This document shows, in pieces, positions 39,192 to 58,208 of a DNA stretch of 64,000 nucleotides (position 1 is its first letter; each line of letters begins with the position of its first letter). The stretch is from Chrysomallon squamiferum. Taxonomy: Eukaryota; Animalia; Mollusca. The position numbers and the translations under genes were made by a program. The stretch is from contig CM022665.1 in assembly GCA_012295275.1 (NCBI GenBank), positions 35,588,001 through 35,652,000 on the forward strand, in the 5' to 3' direction. The notes beneath the pieces are model-generated. The model was given only the letters and a program-made list of their open reading frames with translations. It searched no databases and had not been told where the DNA came from.

Positions 39192-41011
39192 TAGAGGAAT
39201 TGCTATATATAATTAAAATATACACAGTATATTTGTTTGTTATTGTTCTTTTGTCTATTATTGTTGTTGTTCTTCTTCTTCTTAGTTTTATTATTATTAT
39301 TATTATTATTATTAAGTTTGTTTATATGTTTTGTTATAACTTTTTAAATGTCCCATTCGTATAAATTAAATATCTCTGTCAACGACTGTTTTTATCCTGG
39401 AACTGTTGTATAACCGCAGTGTAGTTGTATTCTTCCCTGTTGATTATTCTTCAGGCGATTAAGTGAAATTTTCTCTAGGGCCCAACCTTGCCATGAACTG
39501 AATATTTACTATATATGTATATAGTTGATCGTCCCGTAAACTTAGCTGATCAAATTGTCTCATTATGGTGAAACTAAATTAAAAGTTATACATCCATTAC
39601 ACTCCTTCCTTTGTAAATCTCTTGCTGTATCTATCTGACACAAACCAAAAAGATAAAGGAAAGAAATTTTCATACTCGATGGATGTTCCAAAATTAACTA
39701 CGTGACATTAAATTCAATTTTTCTTTCATAATTACTCATAAAATGAAAATTTTATTATTGTACTGACCTATTTTGTTTCACAAATAATTAATTATTATAC
39801 ATTCGTTAGCGCTTTCGTTAATTAACATCAGGAACTGCCCTATTCTTGAACTGAAAACCTTGAAGTTTTTCATCAGAATGAAAAACGAATACGATGAGTT
39901 GAGTGTATCCTGTTTGTCAGCATAGGAGGTCAAACGAAAATGAGCTTTAAGAAGAAGCGGTTATGGCTGCAGTTCAGAACAGTATGAGATGGATAAATAA
40001 AAATACTTGTCTGATTTTATGACATACTTCTTTTTTTTTTTTTATTTTTGGGGGGTATTTTTATTTTTTATTTTTTTATATATGATTATTTTGGCTTCTT
40101 TATTCCCTTACCAAAAGATTAAAAACTAAAAAAGTCCTTTGTTATAATGTGTTTGTAATAAGGAATTTAATTTCAGAACAAAATATTTCTCTTCCATAAT
40201 TCAGTATATTTCTACCATATTCAGAGTAAAACAGAACTTCATGCATCATGGGCTTAATGTTTTAATAATTCGCTTTGGATATTTTGGATGCTACCTGGAT
40301 TCTACGTTTATATAAATGTATAGAACGAAGATCAAATCTAATGATTAAGATGTTAAAGGTTTGCACAAATGTCAGAACAAGTCGTTTTATATATTTTCAA
40401 CTTTATCTTTGATTTTGAGCCCTTCTTGAGCATCGAACTCTGCGCCATCAGATGATGTCACCGAAGTATATGTAGTTCAAAATTATAAGTATTTGTAACT
40501 GCTTATTTTCTTTTACACTTGTTACAAGTTCTAAACAATGTCATATACACAGACAAAATAATTTCACATTAAATAGAGACGAACTATTTCCGTAGACTGG
40601 TTTTTGCCGGACATGATGAAACGATAGCCAAGTAATGTGGGATGACATTAATAACCGAAAATCAGAACTATAACTCCAGCTGCATTTAGACAAATTCAAT
40701 CAGTTGTGGCGAACGCTTTGCATCGATCTGGTATTTGTAAATCATCGGTCCCGTAGGCCGATTGCAATCTCAGTTTTATTCGATTAGAGTACCATACTCC
40801 AACATGGCCGGGATTACTCCAATTATCATCAACAGACATAAGTAGACGAATATAATTTGATTTACTTTCGCACGAACATACGAAGGAATCTCCAAAAGTT
40901 TTTAAATCTTTGTTCAGTACGTCAAAAGAATCTTTTGTTTTGATTTTTTGGTTTATCATTGAAACACATTATATATTTATCAAGAATTTAAAACATATAG
41001 CCTTCCATTGT

Positions 41012-41016
<5 letters not shown>

Positions 41017-41098
<82 letters not shown>
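41017..41098. repeat. (CT)n microsatellite
   Basis: Direct reading. Confidence 0.95.
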
Positions 41099-41100
<2 letters not shown>

Positions 41101-41663
41101 ACGCATACACAGAAACGCCTCGTATTTACGTTATTTCTTAACCGAACTACTTTTGGAATAAATATAATTATTTTGACGAAAACTCACAGACATTTAATCA
41201 AGAAATGCTTTCAATATCTTACTCTGATTTCAGCTTGATATCTGACCCAAACCAAACACAAGTTGTCTCAGGGATCAATTGTTTTTCCCAAGTTAGCCCG
41301 ACAATGTAAAGATGATCTCTTGGTATTATCAGCAAAAACAATTTTTCCTATTCAAAGCTTTATCTATGGCAAACACAGACACATGTACAAACACTGATTA
41401 CATATTATTTAACTTTACTCTTCCAAGATATTCATGGGGCTGTGACGGACTTGAACACTTGGCTGTGTAATCCATCAAGCTGTCTGGCACATTCTGTTTA
41501 CCTTTCTTTTTGAGACAAAACAAACATATTAATAGAATATGCTGATAGCACTAATTTTCAGACGCATAAGTATATAAAGTCACATCCATTCAATCAGATG
41601 TATGTATGTATGTATGTATACACATACATATTCAAAAACATACATAGGCTACATGCATGAATA

Positions 41664-41708
<45 letters not shown>

Positions 41709-43742
41709 CATATGTACATATACATAAATGTACACACATCCGCAAACACACACAGACATGCATACATTTATACATACATACATACAATTATTATCTCTAC
41801 AGCCATTACTAATACCTTTTTTTATTAATAAAACAATAAAAAAAAAATACATTTAAAAGAAAATATAGTTATATCTTATAGAAGATGATAACAACAATCA
41901 TTTAATATTTTTGCGTCAAGCTCTTTTAATATGTTTTCCAACAAATACAGATGATTATTAGTGAAGTTTGTACGAGTAACTCTCTTATTTTTAAATATCT
42001 GGCTATAATGTAGATGACGTGTTTCCGCATTTGTCCGTAGGGTTTTCATCAGTTATTCCTACGATATGCAGGCACTATCATTGCATAAAAACATCGGATG
42101 AAAACCTTTCAGCACTGACAAATGACTGACAACAAAAATATAATTTAATTTAATCCAGGAAATGTTACAGATTACATACATCAACGACAAACAATGTTCA
42201 GTAGTTCTTTTCTCAGATTAGGAAAAAGCTTGCGAGTAAATTCAAATCATTAATGACTGTCTGTTTTTGTTATTTCCTTGTTGTGTTATGTCATAATTAT
42301 ATAGAATGCGCATTCTGTTCATGTCATCATCATTAGGAACGAAAATGCAGAGTACGTAAAAACCAAATATTTGAAATTGTACTTCTAACTGAAAAGAACT
42401 GATAATAGATCGCTGAAATATTACCAGATTCAAATTTTAAATTCATATAGCAGTTGTGTGTGCGCATAAAAAACCATACATATGTACATATTTGCATCCT
42501 TACACAAACACACGTGAATAAAGACAAACATATTAAATTTGTTAATATATCTACAAAATAAGAGTTGTTATATTTTGTAAAAATATTTTTAATGTCGATA
42601 TTACAACAAGGAAAAAATTCAAATCTTTACACTAGTCGAGAGCCTCGAGAAATGTAGTTCCATTTGTAGAAAAATAAAAATTTATTTTATTCTTCATCTC
42701 AAATATTACATGTCTAGCATTAAGGCAAAGCAATATTGCATCAATTATTAGTTTATTAATGTTACTGCTTGCGGCAGAAAATGCGAGGGCCTTCAGCATA
42801 TTTCTCTTCTGACCCCATGCATGTGTTTGATGCAATTTGAATGAGCTGAACTTCCGTTTGCCAAAGGCTGTAAAAAGTTCGGTTTCTCAATTTTCCTTTT
42901 TATTCTGATTAAGAAATCTGTTTAAGTCCATCATTGCAATTTTAGATTTATTTTACTTACCATGTAAAATAATGTCTCTTGTTAATGATTTTTAAATAAA
43001 CAGGATGATTTAGTGAAAGGCATCTTGTTTTCGGCCTACTTACGTTAGATTTATTTGTTGTAATAATAATAGGAAACAATTTTTTGTTGTTGATGGGTTT
43101 TTTATTTTATTTTGCTTCTTATTCTTTACACACAACACACACACACACATATATGTACGCATGTATGTATATATATATGGTAGATATAAAAGAAAAAAAA
43201 TATTGTTATTTTTCGTCTAATAAGTAAATATTAATAATTAATCTAAGTACAAACATGAATAGCATTTTTGATCGACATACTTTGTTTTTGTAGCGTGTGT
43301 GTGTGTGTGTGTGTGTGCGCGCGCACTTGTTTATCTTTGTATGTTGATTGTCCACAGCTGTTCGCACCGCTCGTTAACATTTTAAAATCAGTATTTACAT
43401 AACTGATAGACTTACGTTAAACAATTTATTGTCTGATTTGTTGTTACACAGTCTAAAAATAAAAAAGTTTTTAGTTCCATTTTTATTTTTTATTATTTAT
43501 TTTTTTATTTATTTTTTTTTTTTTTTTTTTTTTTGTTATTCCGCGAAAACACGATTATATGTTGATAATTATCAGCAGGCCATAGAAATGAGAGAAGAAG
43601 TGTAAGGAATGAATTAAAATTATTGCATAAAATGAGCTTGAGATAATGATAACAATAACAATGACGACTAAAATAATACTATATTAATGACAGTAATAAC
43701 AACAATAACAACAACGACTATAATAATGCTGTAATAATGATG

Positions 43743-43773
<31 letters not shown>

Positions 43774-45714
43774 CAACAACAACAACAACAGTTACAATTA
43801 TACTCTAATAATAATGATGATAACAAGAGAAATCAATTTTAGGTTACAGTGAAAGAGTTATAATTGGTGTATATGCACGCATGCAGATGTACACAGTTAT
43901 ATACGTACGTACATACATACTTACATATATACTCACATTCGTTTTTCTTTTCTTTTTAAAAGAAAAAATAATAATAATAAAAAAAATATTGGATGTTTAT
44001 CTTTCCTGTTAATTACTTTTCTTCCTTTCAATTTGTAAGTTATTTGTCCTTAAGTTTTGGTATGATAAACTATAGCAAAAGATTATACAGTCCTAACGTA
44101 AGTCACAATTAAAAAAAAAAAAAATAGACGAATTTCCTGGGAGAAATACCTAAGCTATAATAATCTCATTATCAGTTTCAGTTAGCTCGTACACATTTAC
44201 CAATAACCCATGGGATAATAATGATTATTAATGTTTCTGAAGATACATCATGAAATGCAAGAAATATTTATGCTTACAACTTACCCTCCTATTGTTTCTG
44301 TCATATATATTCTTCTCTCTTGCTCTCTCAAATATACATTCCTACACATACAGTTCCTGTTCTAGACATTTGTCTTCTATCTCTTTCACATACTCTTTTC
44401 GTACCCTTTGCGTCTCTTTGTACCACCGAAAACAAAAGGCAGGTCTGTAATTTAAATTATTAGCACAAAAATGTTTACATCTTTAGTTCGTAGATAAAAT
44501 AAGTTGATTCTTGGGCATTTTTACATTTCTTGGTTTCCAAGCAATTATACTTCTTACATAGTTAATGCCACTTGATAAGGTATAACACGATTTGATAACA
44601 ACGTTGTTATTATTTGTATGTGTATTTTTTGTTTTCTTGTTTTGTTTGCGGGGTTTTTGTTGTTGGTTTTTTTTCTTTTTTATTTAATTTTTTGGTAGGG
44701 AGGAGTGAGCTTATTTCTTTTTCTTAGGGTTTTTCTTTCTTTGTTTCATTTTGTTTTATTGTATTTTATGTTGTTGTTGTGTTGGTTGTGGTTTTTATCA
44801 TATTCATCAGTAATTTATAATTTACTCATTTTTCAACATATTGTTTGTAAGGACAGAATTTATTTAGTAATCAGTATGAAATACAGCAATGGGATTAAGT
44901 TAACGATTCGTACTGCATAGATGATTAATGCGTGAGCTGTACATGGATGTTTTAAAACTAAAATGATTGTTTATAGGACAAAGACAGACATTTTGAACTC
45001 TGTGTTTTATAATACATAATTACCTGTCTTAATCAACGACTACTTAAATCTGTACTGTTCATTATTTATTGTTTTTTTTTTCTTATCTACATGTTATTTG
45101 CAGTTTCGCCAAGAATGAGATAGACCAGTTGGCCATAATTAAGGTCATTCCCTGCAGAGTCGTTACTAATAAATATCTTCTGATTACTACAAAGCTTTAA
45201 CTTTCCGACAAGTCTTAACTGTCAGCTTGATTTTTCACAGGACGTGGGTTTTGCTGCTCTCTAATTCTTGTCCTGTGGTCTTGGTGGAAGACAATTTGCG
45301 TTCAAAAATATCAGCGTTCGAAGGAAGTGTTAATCCTCCAATTAGTCACGAAGCTTTCTTCGTTTGCATGTTTGCATAAACAGATTCTTGTATGTTTACC
45401 ACACGACACTGTTTCAGATTATTGATCTTCTAACCCCGGCAAGAGAGTTTCTCCCCATTTCTTTTCTGCTCGACCGGCTTTTCGAGTACTCAGAGCAATT
45501 AACGAACATCATAAACAAGACTTAACGTTTGCGATAAACGGATATGGTCACACTCTGAGCAGTTTGTCGTTACTTCCGGCAAAAGATTCGTATCAAAAAT
45601 CTTTTACAGTTGACAAGGCCAAGTCTGCTGTACAACTAAATTTATTTCTTCTCAGAACAACAAAAAGATCAAATTTAAGAAAGTATTTTTGCCTATTATT
45701 ATTATTATTATTAC

Positions 45715-45754
<40 letters not shown>

Positions 45755-45822
45755 TACTTCCTTTTAAATATAAATTTAAATTAGTAAATACAAAATAATT
45801 TTATTCAACTTATCTTTCCAGC

Positions 45823-45863
<41 letters not shown>

Positions 45864-47786
45864 ACTTCAGTTTAACAAACATAGAATGAGTATTATTGGA
45901 AATAAGTATAAAATATTTGTTTGTATGTTGAAACCCCCCAAACTAATCGGTGAACATTTTTATTTTGAGAGTTCTCAGAAACAGAATTCAAAATTGCTCC
46001 TTCATTATTCAGATTGCAACAGAGGATTGCGTTCTACTTTCTGTCGTTGTCGACATATTAATTCATAGCTATTTCATGACCCTAATAAAGTCTTAACATT
46101 CACCAAAGAACTGCTTAATTAGGCATACAAAACTTCCAAAATCCGTGTCAACTTATTTTGAGTCATCGAGATTTTTCCGTTGATGTCCTTTTATGAGAGC
46201 TAACTTCCGATTTCTGACAATCATGGCACAATAGTAAAAACTGGAACCACTGATAAATAATACACTGGTTTTGTTAACGGTAATAGTATTTAATGGCCTG
46301 TAATAATATAATGGAATATAATTAGTTTGGTACAGTGTTCGCAGATTTTTTTTAAAGTACATGGATTTAGAGGAAAATGAACTGTTCCCAGGCACTTTTG
46401 GGAGCAGAAAACATGATGCAAAAATAGGAAACAGAAACGTCAGTCAGTTGCATGTGTTTCTTAATTTCATATCGACAGTGTTACTTTTATTTTATTTATT
46501 TATTATTATTATTTTTTTATGATGGAATTGTTATTCCTGTTGGATTGTCCATTTTATTTTTTCTGTATTACATTGAAAATGTAACAATCATAATCATAAT
46601 GGCGTTACCTCTACTTTTGTCTACAATTTTGCTTTCTTTCTTTTATAATAAGCATTATCTATAACTAATTTCAGTACATATGTTTTTTGTGTAGAAATTT
46701 TGTGGAACCAAAACATAATTTGGTACACTCATATTGTTATTTTCATTTAGTGTTTTAATCAAATTAAAATTCAACATACGAGTGTTTTTTTGGCTTCTTT
46801 ATTATTATTATTATTGTTTTTGTTATTATTATTATTATTATTATTTGAAAAATCCCATTCCAAAATGAAGCAATTTTGCAAATGCATCAAATAGACTGAA
46901 CACACACGCTGACGAGCATAAAGAAAGGATCATAATCAGGTAAGAGTTATTTCCACTTTAAATACAAATAACAACGAGTTCTAGCTTGGAAAAAATGCGT
47001 ACGTTTAAGGATAATCTTTTTCGTTAATGCGTCTAATGATTTTTTTCCTATTCAGACCAATACTCAAAAGAGAGGTGATTCAAAAAGAGTGGTGTTTTGT
47101 AACAAAACTCACGCTATGAATTTGAGAAAGATACATAAATTATAAAACATCCGCTGTTGCTGATTGATAAAAGAAGCCACAGAATACCGGCAGCCGTTTT
47201 CCATTCTGTAGATATTATTAAAAAAAAGTCTTGACAGTATTTCAGTTTATATAACTGTATATTTGTGCAGAAAAGAAATGAAAAACTATAATTTTTTTGT
47301 TTCGTTAATCTGGAAAGTTTATTCACTTCGTAAAATACAAATAATAGATCGTTTACATTGAAAATGGTATATAATTTATATATATCTTGTTGAAAGCTTT
47401 TGGCTAAAAATAAACTTTTATATTATAGAAGAAGAAGAAAAATAGCGAAATAATTATCGCCGAAATAATAATAAGAAAAAGAAGTAACCGGAAATTGCTG
47501 AATCTCCTTGAAGCGTACTGTCATCGAAAATCAAAATGGCGAATTAACGCATTTCACATATATGAATTATTTTACATTTAATTTCTACCTCCAAAGAGAT
47601 GACTAAATATGAATACTACTTTAAGACATGAAAATAATTGAGCTTTAACCTGAAACAAAAACAAAAATATTAAACCGAATTTCAGTCATGTTGTGCTGTT
47701 AAAATGAGTATAACACAGGCAGGGCTACTAGGCATTACTCTGTTGGGATTTTTGCAGTCGGTTCTTCTGACATTAGCTAAAAACAT

Positions 47787-51639
<3,853 letters not shown>

Positions 51640-52800
51640 TTTAAAAACTACTGAGTTGTCGGTGCTAGAGAAATATAATGCAAATGGAGGCTCTCGGCGT
51701 CGCTTATAGTGAGCGTCCTACACGCGATTAAAATAGGTCAGACACGAACAATATTTAGCTAATGATTTTGGGGACTGCAGATAAAATAAAACCAGTTATT
51801 TCGATGGTTGCGAGGACATATTCGTATATAAATCATCATCATTGTTATTTTGTTCATTTTCTTCTTTTTTCTATTTTTAGTATTATTTTGTTATTTTATT
51901 TTATTTTATTTTATTTTATTTTATTTTGTTTTGTTTTGCTACAGTTAGAACAGCCATAGGCTCTAGGCCTGTAGGACCACTGTGGTATAGATTGTTAATT
52001 TTCTGTCTGTCCCATCATTTTACTATTATTCCCTTTCCTTTTTTTTTTTTTTTTCTTTTTCTTCTTTCACTCGAGTTTCAACACTGTGACCTAGTATAAA
52101 TAACATGCATTTGTCTGAACTATACTTGGCACAGTTTAATGCGTTTATGTTTGCATATTAAGCTCAGCAGATAACATGTCCGGCTCTAGTAGGAACGTTG
52201 TGCGTCACGCATCCCTGAAAGAGGAAAGTATGACACTAAATGAACATAACAACAATCCAGTTAAAGCCATCGCATTTTGGAGAATTGTAACATTATTTGC
52301 AGTTAATACTAGGATGTAATTAAAGTAGTTTGTTACTATCGTTATTATGCTGTAATAGCTAACCAAATCCAGATGCAAGTAACTGATAACTGTTTACTAT
52401 TAAATATAGAAATGTTAATATATTATAGTTATAGACATTGTGAAACTCGGCTCGAAGGATAAATCCTTCTCTGGGCTTTTATTTTACTTGGCATGTATTT
52501 TCCTCTGTGTGGTGGAGCGTGCGTGCGAGTGTGTGTGTCTTTTCTTTCTTCTTCATTTTCTAGGAAAACGTTTGTCTATCAAATAACAGTTAATATTAAA
52601 ACGCGCGGAGATGATAAACACTGACTAACTAAAGATAATTCATGAATATTAAAATTATTTTCCCATTGGTTCACTTCCAGTTGATAATATATTGTATAAT
52701 CCACTTTAATACCACTTTATCAATAACAACGACTATAATAATGCTGTAATAATGATGATGATGATAATGTACTATTTTCATTTATCTTGCTCTTATTAAC

Positions 52801-52831
<31 letters not shown>

Positions 52832-55800
52832 TTTTATGTTTTGAGTGTTTTTCACATATTTGTCTTAGTATTTGGAAAATAAAAGAAATGTAGGAACTGT
52901 AAAACATTGAGTTATTTCGTAGTTGCTAAATCCTAAAGTCATGCCCTGTATATATGTAAGAATTTTTCATAAATTTCATATAAGCAAGTTACCTAATTTT
53001 TACTATGAAAATAAAAGCGGAGAAGATAATCTTTAAAAAAAACAACATTTTAGGATGAAGTCAACATTTTACTTTTTTCTTTTCTTTTTAATAAAAGTAA
53101 CCTACAGTTATTCAAACAGTAACAGATTAATTATTATAATTATAATAATAATAATAACAATTATTATTATTATTATGATTATTATTATTATAATTATTTA
53201 AGACAACAAAAATAACGACGGTAGTGTAAAAATAGGTTAATTTTATCTCAGTAATATAAATGGATGGAATACTGAAATATATTGTTTCCAATTCTCTCCT
53301 TTTGTAAATATTACTAAGACCTTAAACCTGCATTTAGTTCAGTATGGTGTCTGTTTATACATTCTGTGTTGGAACTGGAAAAATAATAAATATAGCGTTA
53401 GAACTATTTAATTATTAAATTTCCACATTAAGCTGCATTCTAGATACATGACTATGCTAAATACGATTTAAAGCTGCTCAGTTTGAACTCCCGTTTAGAA
53501 ACAATTACATTGTTTGTTTTTTGTGTTGTTTGGGTGGTTTTTTTTGTGTTTTTTTAATACTACTGTCAGTCTCATGAAAGTTTATGTATTTATTTATTCA
53601 TCTTTAATTTTGTTTTTTTCAATTTTGATTTTGATTTGTAATGGTTTATTATTATTTTAAAATTTTATTTATATACATGTATTCTATATTAATTTTATTT
53701 TACACGTTAAGCTGAAATCAAACAATCATCCAACTTCTTAAGTCATTTTATTTCTTAGTGCAAAGAATAACTGCCCGTTTAAAATTGTTGTCATTCAGAG
53801 CAGACTGCACATAAAATTACCCCAGTATTGAAAATTTTAAGTTCAGTCCTGTGTGATCGCATCAAGGAAGGGGATTTAATGATAGCGATAATAATAGTAA
53901 TAATAATAATAATAAGAGTATGGTAAACAACCTTTCAATGAATCTATTTATAATACACTGTATTTTAGTTTATTTTTAATGTACAATAAAGACTGATACT
54001 TCTGCCACAAACAATCAATAATGAGAGAATGATGACCAAACAAATGTATTATGTTTTTATTTCTTTATTAGAGCCATTACAAATTCTGTACAAAATTCCA
54101 CTCTCTTTGCAAGTGTTTGACTCATTAACATACACGTTCATACATATTTATCTCTGAAATGAGTTAAGACAGACTGCTGACTGGTCCCATGCTGAAAACA
54201 GTCCCGATTAAAACTATGCTTGCTTTTCAATTGATTAAATATACAAACCCTTTGTAAATAAGATGATGCTAGCCAAAGAAATAAAGAGCGGAATATATAA
54301 AAAAAATAAAAAATATTTTTTAAAATGATGTATTTATCAGTATTTATGCATATACTGACTACTAACCTCCTTTCAAAAAAGTCTGCATGCAAAACCTAAT
54401 TATAAAATGATGTTAAATTAAATTTATAAATTTCATTCATAGATGAAGCTTATTATTTCATTTCAAAAGTATCTTTGATGAAAATGATAATTTATCTGTG
54501 AATGAATCCATTTTAAACTATGAATGTTTCACATCTGATTTTAAAATGTTCATTGAGATTCATGAATACAACAAATGAACAAATAAAAATAAATAAATAA
54601 TAAAATAAAATAAATTTTCCTCTAATAAATTTTTGACCTTTTTAAATCCAGGCCTGGAGGGTTTTCAATTTCTTCTTGGTGCCCTAATTAAAGATATTTA
54701 ATTTTTTAAGTGATCAACAATTTAGAGATACAACAAAACTAAAACAAAAACAGATGTTAATTTGTTTTTGTTTTGCTTTTTGTGTGATTTAATTTCTATT
54801 ATTTATTTTTTATTTTTTTTACAGCATGGATTCAGCCAACAATACTGTCAGGGCATAACTAATGTCGCCCCACTTGCAAACAGCAATGAAAAATTATGAA
54901 ATAATACAAACAGTGCACATGAAGTTTAAAAAAAAAGTATTTTATTTAAGGAAACCACAAAAAATTACGTTCTAACTAAAAAGAAACTAAATACAGGAAC
55001 AAGCACTGTTCCATTAACATTCACAAATAAGATGTAACAAAAGCAAACATCTGGTTGAATATAGCACTTCTCTCAATGGTTCACATTACAAACTCGTACA
55101 GAAAAAAAAAAAAAAAAATTAATAATAACAAAATAAAGAAAAATAATAGCCATTATTTTAATATTTAGTTCTCATGAATATATGAAGTTGTGGCTTTAAA
55201 CTAATATTAACCACCATACAAAATATCTCACAGTTCATCTATTCAGAATATTACAGGCAAGTTAGTAATTTGTATTAAAATGTTGCTTTTTTTTTATTTT
55301 TTTATTTCATTAAATCCCACCACATAGACATATACTCATTAATAACATTAGATTGTGAAAATGTACTTTCTTTTCTCTTCCATCCTGTTTTTCAATCTTA
55401 CAAAAATACTTTCTGCAACTAAATTAGAAATAATGTGACCATTAAGAAATTATTTTATTATGTAACTAAATATAATATCTATTTGCCTATTTTTTTAAAT
55501 TTTATTTTACTATTTTTAATTTTTTTATGAGTATTAGGTCTTTAACAATGACATCTGTCAAACATTGCTCCTTTTCATAATTTAACAAATACTAAAACAT
55601 ACAAATAACAGAAAATTAATCAAAATTGCAATTAGAATAATGGAAAAACTGAAACCAAAATAATATACTTGAAAGTATTTGAATCACCTCTTTGTGAAAA
55701 GATCACATGTTACTGTTAATAAAATAACAAACAACTAAGAAAAACCAATATTTTGCACAAAATGGATAATAAATAAATAAAATCAAAATTGGTTTAGTTA

Positions 55801-58208
55801 AAAGATAATGCACCATAAATATCTAAGTTATTTAATACAAAATTTACTAATGTCCTTCTGTGGTTTAGATGTGTAACAAAAGTAACAAAACAAATGATCC
55901 AGGATTAAACTTGGATAATTAATATTGAATTATTTGTTGTTTTCAAAACTGCAGAAAATGAAATATGATATTTTAATGAAACTAATTCAGTTTCTGTATT
56001 TCTGAAAGAAATAAAATAATAATAAAAAAAATTATAATATAAAATGAAAATTTCCAGACATTAATGAAGTATGAAACTAAACACTGAAGAAAAAGTTTAA
56101 ACAGTTGAACTGACATGAGTACATGGAAATGAAAACACCAAACAATTAATTACTTCCAACTGGCAAAAAGATGCCAAGTTGGTAGTAATCCAAAAATGTG
56201 TGGTTCAGTTAATACTGTAAATATTTTTTAAAACAGGGCGAGTCTTCAACAGATGACAAAGGACTGAGATATGAACATTCTGAACTATTCCAGAAATGAT
56301 AATTTGTTAATTTTTTTTTTTTTTTTTTTTGTGGTTTTTTTTTTTGTGGTTTTTTAATTTATTTTATTTTTAGCAATTTGCTTTGTACATTTCACTGCTA
56401 TTAATGTTTCTTTTAATCTTTCCTTTATCTTTGATCATTTCCATTACTTAGATAAATGTGAACTTTTCCATTATAAATGTGCCAGACTACGTATTATCAG
56501 AAGCGTAAAAATATTTCTTTTGATAAAATACAATTTTGAATCTTAAATGGCTGTTTTTTCAAATTATCATGTCAGAAATATCTCAAAATTTCTTAGGGGA
56601 AACAACTGTTACAATATTATCATTATAAACAAATTCCAGTGCAAAAAAACCCAACAAAAACAAATACTAACTGCAAGAATAGACAAAAAAATAAAAGATA
56701 CTATTTATGAACCATCATTTCATTAGGCTCATTAAATAAAACAATCAACCAATCAGTGGTTTCAAACATTCAATGTTAATAAAAGGTAATAATATTGTTT
56801 GCAACTTTCAGTAACAGAAGGCCTTTAAACCCCAAAAGTAAGAACTGCCAAATACTCAACACTAAATAGTAATGAAGAGCAACTTCCATTAGGAACATTT
56901 AAACCTGACTAATGCTGAAATGTATAAAAGTAAAAACACTTGTAATAGTTATCAGTAATAATAATTACTAACAATGTAATGAATCATACCACATTAATAA
57001 AGATGCCAATATGATTACATATTCCAAAGACTGCAAATCAGAAGCTATTTTAAAATATTATTATTTCTTAGCATATGAATAATTATGTAGCATGGAAAAA
57101 GATAAGATGAAGATGTCATTTTCAAAAGCTTTTTTCACAGCAAATGTAAGTAATTAATAATACATTTGCTATTTTACTAAATTGGTAAAGCAAACTAACA
57201 CTCCAGACTCAAGAAATTAGAAAATAAATATTACCAATGTATTGCAAGAATAAAATTATCTGATATATTGAGTAAGATGCAGATAACACTGCTTACAATG
57301 GTGCCGTTACCAGTATGATAATTTGACACTCTTTCCTGGCAATGTCTTAAACACTTATAATTCAAATTCTTATGGCTATAAATTAATGTTTTGGCAGTAA
57401 ATTTACAAATCATAACATTCCTTGGATTTACTTTTAAAAACTCCATTATGGAATAATTAGTACAAAAAAAGGTCAAACCTTCCAAACATCAAACATTTAA
57501 CACCTCGTCAAGTAAAAACAACATATTTAAACTGACAGAAGTAAAATTAAATGAACTTCTTAAATATCAATCAATTACAATTAAATTATGTACAAAATGC
57601 AACACTAATTTCTTCCCTGGTAACTTCAATCAACCTGAGATACTGATATTTATTTGTTTGTTTTTTTGTTTTTTGTATTATTTGAACATGCCAACTAAAC
57701 TGCTTATGAGTGCAACTAAGTATTTAAGTTGTTAGCACTTGCAAAATATTTTTAACAAGCATTAACTATCAAAATTTACCCCTACACAAATCAACTGTGT
57801 TCAATGCTTAAAGCAGAACATCTTATGCATGCACAAAGTTAGAATGACTAGCTCATTTGATTCAGCTGCAAACACAAAGGTAAATTCATAATGACGGTTT
57901 TCAAGCTCTGTGAGAAACAAACAATGAACATCTCAATTATAAAGTGGGAACTCCATTACAAAGTTTTTAAAAAAAAAAAGAAAAAAAGAAAATTATACAA
58001 TTTCATATTTTCCTTTAAACAGCATTTTTCATATTGTGCATTGTTTTTTAAAATAATAAATTTTGTCACAAACAGGCTGCACACAAATTTCTTTTCTTCC
58101 AAAGAATAGTAATTTAAAAAAATTAAAATGTTCATCAGTGTTTAGGAAAGATGCCAGTTCTTTTGAGGGAAAATTAATCATTTGGTTTCAAAAGTTATTT
58201 CATCACTG

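Noticed and set aside
40696-40959. 87-aa minus-strand ORF of normal complexity, with a possible ATG|GTAAGT mini-exon near 42961
   Set aside because: No recognisable domain and no convincing splice-compatible partner exons; more likely a non-coding island.
45100-45620. GC-richer island with a good acceptor (tttttcacag at ~45240)
   Set aside because: Reading frames close quickly with no recognisable protein. It may be regulatory, but that cannot be supported from sequence alone.
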